From Bacteriovoracaceae bacterium (GTDB lineage Bacteria > Bdellovibrionota > Bacteriovoracia > Bacteriovoracales > Bacteriovoracaceae), in assembly GCA_965243505.1 (NCBI GenBank), contig CBDEVA010000007.1, forward strand, positions 206,188-270,187: a DNA stretch of 64,000 nt. The letters are read 5' to 3'. The notes below the pieces were generated by a model that saw only the letters and a program-made list of their open reading frames with translations, ran no database searches and was not told the DNA's origin. The position numbers were made by a program, and so were the translations under genes. Of the stretch, positions 1-10,090 are shown one piece after another. Numbering within the stretch: the first letter of the stretch is position 1; every line of letters starts with the position of its first letter.

Positions 1-615
1 TTTATCATAATAATCTAACGCCTTCATACAATTATTATCTACATAATACATTTCTGCTATTTGAAAATTATAAAGGTAATCTTTTTCTTTCTTCAGATCA
101 GTTAATATATTGTAATATTTTATAGCATAATCTATTTTTATTCTATAAACACCTTTTTTCACCTTTTTATTTGAATACTCTACAGCTTGTTTATACAGCT
201 TAGTTGCACTACTTTCCACATGAAATAATAATTTTTTATATTGACTGTTACTTAATTTATTTTCTTTATAATTTACCAATAGTCTTCTTACAGTGTCATA
301 ATGTGATTTCTGCAACCCGAATCTATCAAAGACATGTAATAATTCTACATCTATGGCAATTTTAGACTCTTCTCTTTCTGCAAGCTTTCTAGCTTCAAGA
401 AGTACATTTTTTGCTAATGATAATTTAGCTTGATCTTTTAACTTAATTCCAAGCGCAATTAAATTACTATCAACATCTTTACCATGACTTTTAAAAAATC
501 TCTTAGCTTCTGATACCTTTCCTGAAACTGCGTAAAAATATGCTAATTGATTTTTAGCAAAAGAAGACATATCTATATATTTTGGATTTTTTTCACTATA
601 TACCCTTTTCATCAT
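1..615 (-). CDS. helical-repeat (TPR-like) protein, 3' part, runs off left edge
   Basis: Own minus-strand translation from ATGATG at 610-615 gives MMKRVYSEKNPKYIDMSSFAKNQLAYFYAVSGKVSEAKRFF..., open to position 1. It is partial, so absent from the ORF track. It is probably the continuation of 624..1265 across a T9 run (634-642). Confidence 0.45.
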   Translation of the reverse strand, partial: MMKRVYSEKNPKYIDMSSFAKNQLAYFYAVSGKVSEAKRFFKSHGKDVDSNLIALGIKLKDQAKLSLAKNVLLEARKLAEREESKIAIDVELLHVFDRFGLQKSHYDTVRRLLVNYKENKLSNSQYKKLLFHVESSATKLYKQAVEYSNKKVKKGVYRIKIDYAIKYYNILTDLKKEKDYLYNFQIAEMYYVDNNCMKALDYYDK

Positions 616-623
616 TGATGTAG

Positions 624-1265
624 CTAAAGAATATTTTTTTTTATGTAAAAATACGACCAAGCCAAATTATAAGCATCTTTCGTCCACCACTTATTGGACC
701 TATTTTTAATTAATAGTTCATAAATAGGAATTGCTTTTTTATATCTCTTTTTATTAAAATAATAGTTTGCTTTAACACTATTTGCTCTTTCAGTATCTTT
801 CTTACTTCTAGAATGTTTTCTAGCCACATTTAGATATTTAACTACATTTTTATGCTCATTAAGCTCTATACTAATATGTGCCAATATACTATATATGTAA
901 GATTTTTTTCTGAAATTTCTAAACTTTTTTAGAACAAAAAAACTATACTTTTTAGCTGTAATGAAATCTCTTCTAGAACTAGCGTGAAATTTTTTTTTAT
1001 TTATCCTAAATCTCTTAGAAGGCTCAATACTTAAAAATTTATTATTTTCATAATCTAATTTAAGCCTTCCTCTTTCAAAATATGCTTCAATAATTCTAAA
1101 TAAAATATTAGGATTTTTCCCTCTTATATTTTTATTTAGTCTTTTTAATTCACGAATTTCACTATCTACTAACTTAATAAGGTCTGATAACTTATCATTA
1201 GATAATAAGGGAGCTGTAAACAATAGAGAAAATAATACTAATAATTTAACCATGATATTTAACAT
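624..1265 (-). CDS. secreted helical-repeat (TPR-like) protein, 5' part
   Basis: N-terminal signal-peptide-like MVKLLVLFSLLFTAPLLS. Lys-rich helical repeats. The stop lies just after a T9 homopolymer, and the downstream frame stays open. Confidence 0.5.
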   Translation of the reverse strand: MLNIMVKLLVLFSLLFTAPLLSNDKLSDLIKLVDSEIRELKRLNKNIRGKNPNILFRIIEAYFERGRLKLDYENNKFLSIEPSKRFRINKKKFHASSRRDFITAKKYSFFVLKKFRNFRKKSYIYSILAHISIELNEHKNVVKYLNVARKHSRSKKDTERANSVKANYYFNKKRYKKAIPIYELLIKNRSNKWWTKDAYNLAWSYFYIKKNIL

Positions 1266-2335
1266 TGAGATTTTAATGAAAATACATAATCACCTAACTC
1301 ATCTGCCCAAAATTCTCCATTAAATCTCCAAAAATATTGTTTTTCATTTCTTTTTAAATTTTTTATATCTCCTCTTTCTCTCTTATTATTTATTTTAATT
1401 CCATATATTCTATCTTTTTGACTTGATAAAATTTCTAGCTTTATGTAGCTCATTCCCTCAAAAGCTTTATCCAATCTTTTGGAATGCTTCATAAGAGAAT
1501 TCTTTACATAAAAACCTATTAAATTTCTTTGTAAAACAAGTGCCTCTCTAAGCGAATCCATTAATACTGATTTTCCTCTAATACCCCTCATTTTTTTTAA
1601 TGTTGATATTTCCTTTTTAGCACTATGAAAAGAATCAAATAATTCTAAAAATGCAGGATCTCTTGAAATTCCTTTAAGAATAGTTCTCAATAATTTATTT
1701 CTTATTAACCTATCTCTATTTAGTGCTTTCTTCCCTAGTTTATAATAAGCTATATATCTATTTTTATTTTTTGCTAGAATATTTTTTATATAATCATTAC
1801 CACTAGAATATTTTTTATAAAAATTCTCTACAACTTTATTAACATCATCCCAAAGACATAACTCCATATAAGCTAATGACCTTAATATATTAACTTCTGG
1901 ATTAAATATATAATCAAAAACAGGTGCTTTATATGTAACAAGCTTACCTAAAGATCTATTATAATCCTTCAAATAAAAACTATTCCATGCCTCTTCGAAC
2001 ATGATTTCAGGCCATATATATGAACTCTTTGATAAATCTAAATAGCTTAGATTAGCATCTGAAAATTTCTTCTTAGCAAATTGATTTCTAGATATACCAA
2101 CTAAACATAAGTCTTTATTTATAAGTAAATTTCTTTTTCTATTTTTACTTTTATATCTTTTGAAATATTTATTACTCTGGTAATAACATTCCCTAAACTC
2201 AGCATCTGCTGCCTCATATCTTTTTAAAATTGAATAAGTTGCTGCCTTTAAATGATGAGCAAATGGTCTACTAGGGTGATTAGTAAAAATTCTATTATTA
2301 AATGAATTAAGCGCTAATTTATATTTTCCTTCCAT
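1259..2335 (-). CDS. TPR-like repeat protein (body; likely fused to 2319..2669)
   Basis: 358-aa ORF with TPR-like A/Y/F-spaced helices and no signal peptide of its own. Its frame is open upstream to 2350 (LKKYFMEGKYKLAL). Confidence 0.5.
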   Translation of the reverse strand: MEGKYKLALNSFNNRIFTNHPSRPFAHHLKAATYSILKRYEAADAEFRECYYQSNKYFKRYKSKNRKRNLLINKDLCLVGISRNQFAKKKFSDANLSYLDLSKSSYIWPEIMFEEAWNSFYLKDYNRSLGKLVTYKAPVFDYIFNPEVNILRSLAYMELCLWDDVNKVVENFYKKYSSGNDYIKNILAKNKNRYIAYYKLGKKALNRDRLIRNKLLRTILKGISRDPAFLELFDSFHSAKKEISTLKKMRGIRGKSVLMDSLREALVLQRNLIGFYVKNSLMKHSKRLDKAFEGMSYIKLEILSSQKDRIYGIKINNKRERGDIKNLKRNEKQYFWRFNGEFWADELGDYVFSLKSQC

Positions 2336-2669
2336 AAAATATTTTTTTAGCTAATATGTATCTAAGAATAGGAGCACTAGATCTCCTAAGAATATTGGTA
2401 GGCAATACTTCAAATTGCTTAATTCCTACATTATTAACTAATTCATCGATAATTCTATCAGTATTACTACTTATCTTTGGATTATCTACAAGATACTCTT
2501 TCATAAAAGGTATAGCTGTAAAATACATCTTTTCATTTATTAAGTATTTGACTAATAGTGGATACAAGCTTTGATCTCTTTTAGAAAGAATATTAGATAT
2601 CTTGCTCCATGAAGGATAAATATTAGTTGAAAATGTAAAAAAAATAAAAATTATGCAAATATATTTCAT
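2319..2669 (-). CDS. signal-peptide-bearing N-terminal fragment of the TPR-like protein
   Basis: MKYICIIFIFFTFSTNIYPS is signal-like. The ORF ends ...RYILAKKIFYGRKI just after a T7 run (2342-2348). A 1-nt shift would give RYILAKKYFMEGKYKLAL. Confidence 0.45.
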   Translation of the reverse strand: MKYICIIFIFFTFSTNIYPSWSKISNILSKRDQSLYPLLVKYLINEKMYFTAIPFMKEYLVDNPKISSNTDRIIDELVNNVGIKQFEVLPTNILRRSSAPILRYILAKKIFYGRKI

Positions 2670-2679
2670 AATTCCCTAA

Positions 2680-3399
2680 CTAAAAAGAATAACCTAATGA
2701 TAAAACAGTATCCCAATTAGAATACCAAACCTTTTTATTTTGAGTTAAATGAGGTTTGTTTGCTCTATAATGAAGCACTGTTAAATCTAATCTAATTTCA
2801 AATGAATTTGTAATAAAGAACTTAAATGCTGTATCCCAAATAAATGCATTATGATCTTCCTCATACACAAGAACCGCAGGGTTCTGAAATAAAAATTCAT
2901 CTTTATTATTTTTTTCTTTTACCTTTGCATAACCTAGACCAAACATCCAATCAAAATAAATTATTTTATTAAAAGTATTTATCTTGCTGTAAAATAGAGA
3001 CCACATAAACATAGCTCCAAAATAATCTTCCACTATTCTTCTAAATGGTGCTGCACCTCCAAAACCATCATTTCTTAAAGATTTTGCTGTGCTATTTTCT
3101 TCACCATCACTTTTAGTATATAAAACTTCTAATCCAAAATTTTCAGTTACAAATATACCTTTTCTAAATTGCAGTAACTTAGAATCAACAAATGGCCCTG
3201 AGACAGTGAGACCTCCACCTAAATTCATATAAAATCTACCTCTCTTTCTAAATTTTCTATTTTGAAGAACAAATATTTCTTTATCTAAATCTAGCCAAGA
3301 AAAATCATATATGCTGTTTTCATCAGCTAAAGTAAAAGAGGAAACAAATATAGTGATTCCCAATATTAATATTAGTTTAAAATTACTAATAAAATTCAA
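2680..3399 (-). CDS. outer-membrane beta-barrel protein (putative)
   Basis: Signal peptide NFISNFKLILILGITIFVSSFTLA. Alternating beta-strand pattern and C-terminal ...LSLGYSF. I prefer a TTG start at 3399, preceded by AAGGGGGG 5 nt upstream, over the track's long 3498 start. Confidence 0.55.
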   Translation of the reverse strand: MNFISNFKLILILGITIFVSSFTLADENSIYDFSWLDLDKEIFVLQNRKFRKRGRFYMNLGGGLTVSGPFVDSKLLQFRKGIFVTENFGLEVLYTKSDGEENSTAKSLRNDGFGGAAPFRRIVEDYFGAMFMWSLFYSKINTFNKIIYFDWMFGLGYAKVKEKNNKDEFLFQNPAVLVYEEDHNAFIWDTAFKFFITNSFEIRLDLTVLHYRANKPHLTQNKKVWYSNWDTVLSLGYSF

Positions 3400-3475
3400 T
3401 TTTACCCCCCTTATTATAAATAATATAATTAGCAATATTATTTTAACATATAGCCAGATTATTAAATAGCTCAAT

Positions 3476-6400
3476 TTAGCTATTACAGAGATTATCAAAT
3501 TGACAACTTTTACAATGAGATTGATTAATTTTATCTAGATTTATAATTTTTCCCCAAAAACTTCTAATATACTCTACTATTTCAGTATAATTAGTTTCTT
3601 TTTCTATAATATTTCTTTTGATCAAGATAAACAATACCAACTTTTATTTTATTAATCTTGTTAATAATTTTAATACTATAGCAAGCAAATGCGTAACAAT
3701 ATAATTGTAACCAATAGGGATCTTCATTTTCCTTTATCATACCCTGTCTTAAAATCCCATACTATAATTTCATTATTTTTCTTATTCACCATCAAAACAT
3801 CCAATATACCTGACAAAAGATATCCAAATATAGTGAATTTTAAAGATTTCTCTGAATAAATATCATATGTCTTATATTCACTAGCTATTTTTGAGTAAAT
3901 CCACTTTATTATCTCTTCATCTCCTTTATTATTAACACTAATATCTGTAGATTCTCCAGTTATAAGTTTTGAAATATTAATATGTATATTCGAGCCTCTG
4001 TCCTTGTTAGAAATACTACCTTCTTTTGAATAAATTCTCTTCAATGATAATGCATCTAATTCCTCTTCATTTATTCTACAAATATTTTTTAAATAAAATT
4101 TTCTAGGACATTCAGCTATAGTAGAAAATCCTGTTATAGAAATATCAGAAGAAATAGCTATTTTACTACCATAATTATTCCCTATCTTCTCTAATATACC
4201 TAAATTATTAAGATGAAAAAAAGGTGATTCATTTTTAACATTTGAAATTTCTGAATTGATTTTAATAGAATCATCAACATTAACTACATCTAAATTAACT
4301 TGGCAAAACCTATTTAATATATCAACCCAAGTATTATACTTTAATTTATTACCTTTTATATTAACCCAACTCAGTTTATTTCTTGCCCTTGAGCATAACA
4401 CATAAAATAATCTATTAGATTCCGACTTCTCTAATAACCTGTTTTCTAATTCCTCTAATATATAAAAAGGCGATTTATAAGTTTTTATACTATTATTAAC
4501 TTTCCAACGAAAACTTCCTATATTCTTACCAAAATAACTAGAGTTACTTCTTCTTTTTGTATTACTGTAAATTCCTCCCATTATAACATGAGAAAATTCT
4601 AATCCTTTTGATTTATGAATTGTCATTATCTTAACTCTTGGAGAAGCATCTCCATAATAAAAATCCCTAACATATTCTCTATTAGATGAAGAAATCGAAA
4701 GTTTATCTAAAATCTTTTCGACATTACTTAAGCTAAGTTCTTCTAAATCATATATAAATTTTAAAATCTCTTCATTATAAGATATACATATATTTAAACT
4801 ATTAATAAATTTTTTAAATGCCAATGATATGCCATATATATCCATTTCTGAAAAAAATATATTAATAGTAGTTTCTATAGACTTACTTAGCTTTATTTGC
4901 AAATATTCTAGATAACATTGTATAGAAATTTCACAGTATTTTAAATGGGTACTTTTATAATCTAATCTTTGATTTATATTTAAAAAAGTTTCTAATAGTA
5001 TTTTAAATATTCCTAGTACTGGATCTTCAAAATAAGGAATTTTTATTTGACTTGTAAAGCTAATTTTAGATTCTATTAATTTATATATTAAATATCTAGA
5101 GGGTCTAAGATGCCTATAAAGTACACAGATATCTTCTGTAGGATTATCTGATAATGACTTTCGAATTATATTTCTTATACAAATAGCCTCTAAAAAATCA
5201 TTATTAATATTATCAATACTATCTACTAAAAAACATTTAACTAATCCTTCCTCTAATCTTTCATGTTTTTGATCTTGATCTATTAATTTAGATTTATCAA
5301 AACAACCTTCATATAGTAGCATATTAAATAATTTATTATTAAAGCTAACAATATTTTTTAAAGAACGATAATTTGATTTTAAGTTTAATACATTACTATC
5401 CCCCATCTTTTTTTTACAGTGAAAAAATACATTTAATTCTCCTCCTCTAAAACCATAAATTGCTTGCTTAGGATCTCCTACGCAAAATAATTTAGAAAAA
5501 TCTCCCTGAATAATATTAGTAATTATATCAAATTGAATTTGAGAAGTATCTTGAAATTCATCAATTATAAAATAGGAATATTTTTGAGATAGCCTCTTTG
5601 CTAAACCTTTATTCTGTAGCGCTTTAAAAAGATAATATTCAATATCTGAATACGATATAATATCATAATCAGCATAATCATTATCAATTTTATCAAAAGC
5701 TTCTTTCATAAAAGATATAACATTCTTATAATTACTTATATCTTCTTCTTGATAGGATTTTAAATCTTCATATACTTTATTTAGATTATCTCTAAATAAT
5801 TTTGCCATTTTTAATAAACTTTTATAGTTTGTATCATTACATATTGGCCACCTACCGATATTATTAAAAAAATTAAAAAATTTTCGTATGTCCTCCCACT
5901 CTGTCAGCTTATTAGATAAAATATATTTAATAACTTCACACCATTTCTTATCTGACACAGGTAGCTCTATATTATCAAAGTAACCATTAAATAAATCTTT
6001 CCACTCACTTAAAGCTGCCCATTGTTTTATAAAGTCGTTAACCAGGATTTAACTCTAAACTATTAAGATCTAGCTTAAACCAACTATATCTAAGGGATGG
6101 AGTAGAAAATATATCATTAAATGACTTAATGAAACTATCATCTGAAATAATTACTCTAATAATATCTAAGTTTCTCTTATTATTAATATTAGTAATAAAA
6201 AATTCTTCTATACTTTTTTTTATCTTTTCGTTTATTTTATACTCATCAGATATATCCAATGACCCCAATTCATTAGTTAATAAATCGTTAGACAATACCT
6301 TCAAAAAGAAACTATGTAATGTTCCTATAAACAGATAACCTATATTATCCTTAACAGCTATCCACTTATTAGAATCATCAGCATTGCTATCAATCATAGT

Positions 6401-6658
6401 ATTTATTCTTTTAATTAATCTAGATTCCATTTCCTTTGAAGAATTAACTGTAAATGTTGTGATAATAATTTTAGAAAGGTAATCTTTTACTAAACTAGGA
6501 TAGTTTACTTTATCATAATCATTTTTTTTTAAAAAAATAGATATAATACTTACTATATGCTCTATAATAACAAAAGTTTTTCCAGAACCAGCCCCTGCTG
6601 ATAATAATGCTCCAGAACTAACATTAATAGCATTTAATTGTTCTTTAGAAAGATCCAT
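3476..6658 (-). pseudogene. addA: AddA/UvrD-type helicase-nuclease, disrupted by at least 3 frameshifts
   Basis: ORF 6038..6658 carries Walker A AGAGSGKT and UvrD motifs Ia/Ib. ORF 3724..5958 carries DEFQDT, GDPKQAIYGFRGG, NYRS, TIHKSKGLEF, and a nuclease start ECPRKFY...VWDFKTG. Own translation of 3591..3761 in another frame gives DPYWLQLYCYAFA (QxxxY motif). Translation of 3476..3643 in a third frame ends HCKSCQFDNLCNS (CxxCx5C). That makes four pieces in three frames. Confidence 0.7.
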
Positions 6659-6663
6659 TATAT

Positions 6664-8994
6664 TTAGAGATCTCCTCTATCACATATATTTGATACATAA
6701 CAAAAATTACATGAAGTCTTTTTAATTGGAGCAGCATTAAAATGAATATCTTTTTTCATTTTTGATATAACCTGATCATAATAAGATTTAAATTCTTTCA
6801 AAAAATTATCTATATCTAATTGTTTAAGTTTTACATCACCAATACACTCACCCTTAATTTTTGAAAAAACTATAGAGTTTTTAATATCAATTAAGTTAAT
6901 ATAACCAAAACTATATATATCATCACTTTTTATTCCTAAATGATAAATATAGTAAGGCAATTGTACTTTAATATAGTTTTTTATATCTTTTTCTGTAGGA
7001 ACTTTACTTTTTTTAAAATCAAAAATTGAATATCCTTGTTTATTTTTAATAATGCAGTCAACTTTTCCTCTAATATTCTCATTATCTATACTTTTTTCAA
7101 AAGTAAACTTACTATTTGAATCAATATTATAAAAATTCATCAAAAATTCTATACCATTAAGAGCTCCATTGTATATTTCTATATATCTTTTGTCTTTTAC
7201 AAAAATATTCAATAACTTATCCTCAATAGCATTATTATAGATCTCTAGACATACTTTATTAAAAATATTAAGACTTAATTTATTATAATTATTAATATAG
7301 CTTTCTATTATAGAATGTTGTAACTTCCCTATATCTTTTGGATACAAATCTTCTTTTCTTTCTGGTTCAAAATATAATTTATTAATATAATTAAAATAAT
7401 ACTTTCTAGGGCATTCTATATATGTTTCCAAACTAGTTGCAGATACTGTTCTATCAATAAGTTCTTTACTAACAAATTTATCTAAGTAATCTATATTTTT
7501 ACTATATAATAACTCAAATTTAAAATCTTTCTTATTAATTTTTATATTACTAAAAATATTACTCCATATTGGGTGTGTACATAAAAGATCTTCTTCGATA
7601 AATAGTGTAGTATTCTCAGATAAGACCATACTCTTTATTATCTCTATATTAATTTCCCTTCTTAATTCTCTTCTTCTAATAGGCCCAATAGATTTAAGTA
7701 TGTCTATCATCGAAAATGTGTAATGTTCATTTTCTTTGGAAAAAAAATCATTTTTTGATGTAATATATAATATAGTTTTATTATTTGGATTAAAACTATC
7801 AACTTGTTGAAAAGTTTTTATATATCTTTTTGGTGCTTCTTCAAACATAGAATATTGATTAATTCTAGGCATTACTTCTATTAAAATATTTTTAAAAATA
7901 TTAAAATCAAAAAAAGTAATAATAGTATTTTCTTTAGACAATTCAATCCATTTATTGATAATTAATTTTATACTAGATATAATTTTTAGAATTCTAAATT
8001 TTTTATAATTACTCAATTTAGCATAAGATAGCACTTTATTATCTAAATACCTTATAAAGACTTCATTTTTGACTTTATTACTTTTATTAGTAAAAAACTT
8101 AATCTTTATTTCTTCTAATACTTTTAATATATCTTGCTTAAATAAATCTTCTCTAATCTTATAATAAAAATTATTAAAAGGAATATTTAATATATCGTTA
8201 TCGTTAGACGATAAAATAAATATATCTATATTTTTATCTTCACTAGAAATATGTTGAATATAACTCTTTAAAGTATCTGCTAGTTTTCCTTTAGGTGCTG
8301 TAATACAACTTATATTATCTATATTGTTATAATTATCATATTTAATAATATTTCCTTTAATCCAATTAATCCAATCAAAATTATAAGATTGCTCATACAA
8401 ACTATTTAAATAGAAGAAATGAATATTATTTTTATTAGATAATGAATTTATAAAGTCAATTTGCACTCCTGTTATATGATAAAATCCCCAAAATATATAA
8501 TTGTTATTTTCTAAATTACTACTATTTAATCTATTAGAAATTTCACTATAACAGTAATGCTCATCATTTTTTATATATGCCCACAAAAAAGGAATAACAT
8601 CTCTAATATTATCATCAAATTCTTTTAGAAATTCTTTAAATGAGTAAATCTCTGTACTATACCCTCTTAAGTCCGTTATTAAATCAAATGTTTTCATAAA
8701 TAAATCATAAGAATTATTCTTACTTTTAATTTTCCATATAGTAGATAATTCCAACAATAAATCTGCTCTATTTTTGTATTCGAAATTATCTATTAGTTTA
8801 CTTGCTAAACCTCTTATAAACTCACTAATTGTTATAACATCTATATTCAGTAAACTTATTTTATCTACTAATCTTTCTCTTAAATTATCAGCTGTATTAG
8901 TATTAGGACATATTATGCTATAACTTAAATCCTTATTAATAAAATCTAAGTTATAAAATTGCTTATTATCTATTAATAAATTTATATTCAACAT
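6664..8994 (-). CDS. addB: AddB-like PD-(D/E)XK nuclease subunit with Fe-S cysteine cluster
   Basis: C-terminal nuclease domain with ECPRKYYF, DCIIKNKQGYSIFDFKKSK, VQLPYYIY and terminal CNFCYVSNIC. It sits immediately upstream of and is co-oriented with the addA-like gene. No P-loop seen. Confidence 0.65.
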   Translation of the reverse strand: MLNINLLIDNKQFYNLDFINKDLSYSIICPNTNTADNLRERLVDKISLLNIDVITISEFIRGLASKLIDNFEYKNRADLLLELSTIWKIKSKNNSYDLFMKTFDLITDLRGYSTEIYSFKEFLKEFDDNIRDVIPFLWAYIKNDEHYCYSEISNRLNSSNLENNNYIFWGFYHITGVQIDFINSLSNKNNIHFFYLNSLYEQSYNFDWINWIKGNIIKYDNYNNIDNISCITAPKGKLADTLKSYIQHISSEDKNIDIFILSSNDNDILNIPFNNFYYKIREDLFKQDILKVLEEIKIKFFTNKSNKVKNEVFIRYLDNKVLSYAKLSNYKKFRILKIISSIKLIINKWIELSKENTIITFFDFNIFKNILIEVMPRINQYSMFEEAPKRYIKTFQQVDSFNPNNKTILYITSKNDFFSKENEHYTFSMIDILKSIGPIRRRELRREINIEIIKSMVLSENTTLFIEEDLLCTHPIWSNIFSNIKINKKDFKFELLYSKNIDYLDKFVSKELIDRTVSATSLETYIECPRKYYFNYINKLYFEPERKEDLYPKDIGKLQHSIIESYINNYNKLSLNIFNKVCLEIYNNAIEDKLLNIFVKDKRYIEIYNGALNGIEFLMNFYNIDSNSKFTFEKSIDNENIRGKVDCIIKNKQGYSIFDFKKSKVPTEKDIKNYIKVQLPYYIYHLGIKSDDIYSFGYINLIDIKNSIVFSKIKGECIGDVKLKQLDIDNFLKEFKSYYDQVISKMKKDIHFNAAPIKKTSCNFCYVSNICDRGDL

Positions 8995-8999
8995 TATAC

Positions 9000-9959
9000 T
9001 TAGTTTAATATTCGATTAAAAATTTGATATTCTTTAAAAATATTACAAAAATTTTCTGATTTTACACCTAAAGAAAAAACTGGTGACATTAATGAAGTAT
9101 TTCTAAAAATTATAAAATTTCCTTTATTTTCAAAACTTTTCCATTCTTTGCCTTTTTTAGGAAATTCAAATCTTTGAGCTGATGTTGAGGTCAAAACTAA
9201 CAATGTCTTTTTTTTGTCAATTTTTGAGGCTATGTAAGAAAATAATTTTTCGATATCATTTAATATTCCTCTTGCATTAAGCACATTTTTAGATTTTAAT
9301 GCTTCATAATAAGAAAAATCTCTAAATAAAAACATATACGACTGGTTGTTATTTCTCATATAATCAAATGCATACTTGGCATTCTCAAATAAGCTAGAGT
9401 AACAACCATTATCTTGGCAAGATTGATCATAATAAACCTTATTCAAATTAAACTTTACATTATCCTGATAATGAAATTTTAAGTTCTTTGCTGGAGGCTT
9501 AGCCATTTTCCAAAAAATAGTTTTATTTAAAAAATCATTATTTGGACATTTATTTAAATTTTTTATAGTTGAAATTTTAGAATTAGTTTCAAATATTCCA
9601 GAAATAACACCTCTATCGTATAAACGTTTCCATATTGCATTATTTTTATAATCTTGACATGTCCCCTTAATATTATCACTACCTGTAATCTGAGATAAGA
9701 ACCCATTATAAGCAGATGGCCTAATGTCATATAAATTATAATTCCATACTTTACCTATACATTCTGAATTTTCTATTGATGTAAACTTATCAGAATCTTT
9801 TTTAATAAACCTAATAACAGCTAAATGCTCTTCTGAAAGTCCAGCAACTTGTAGCCAAACTATATTTTCAACATATTTTCCAAACTTATAAGTTTGAGCA
9901 TTAAAAATTTGTGTTCTTGAGCAAGATGTAACAAATAACAAAAAAAATATACATTGCAT
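9000..9959 (-). CDS. putative lipoprotein, function unknown
   Basis: Internal Met (9959) gives MQCIFFLLFVTSC, with lipobox-like VTSC. The rest has no motif I recognise. Confidence 0.4.
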   Translation of the reverse strand: MQCIFFLLFVTSCSRTQIFNAQTYKFGKYVENIVWLQVAGLSEEHLAVIRFIKKDSDKFTSIENSECIGKVWNYNLYDIRPSAYNGFLSQITGSDNIKGTCQDYKNNAIWKRLYDRGVISGIFETNSKISTIKNLNKCPNNDFLNKTIFWKMAKPPAKNLKFHYQDNVKFNLNKVYYDQSCQDNGCYSSLFENAKYAFDYMRNNNQSYMFLFRDFSYYEALKSKNVLNARGILNDIEKLFSYIASKIDKKKTLLVLTSTSAQRFEFPKKGKEWKSFENKGNFIIFRNTSLMSPVFSLGVKSENFCNIFKEYQIFNRILN

Positions 9960-10090
9960 TAATTTTGATATATATTCCTTAAATATCGTACAAAAATACT
10001 TGATTATAATCTTCAAACTCAATCTATTCATTTATAATAAAGTTATCCTTAAAATGGCTTTAAGTCACTTGCAATTTTAAAGGAGTATAT

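Noticed and set aside
2680-3498. Long N-terminal extensions suggested by the track for several genes: 2680-3498, 9000-10031, 34542-35351, 38867-39892, 40037-41242 and 58101-59180.
   Set aside because: The extensions lack family-conserved sequence, or they overlap neighbouring genes or the reconstructed addA 3' end. Internal starts with Shine-Dalgarno-like motifs, or with conserved N-termini, fit better.
3724-3726. Reading the addA TGA as Trp (genetic code 4), given the low GC.
   Set aside because: Read-through in the same frame gives nonsense and another stop within 16 codons, whereas a frame change restores the conserved QxxxY and Cys motifs. Other genes in the window have normal lengths under code 11.
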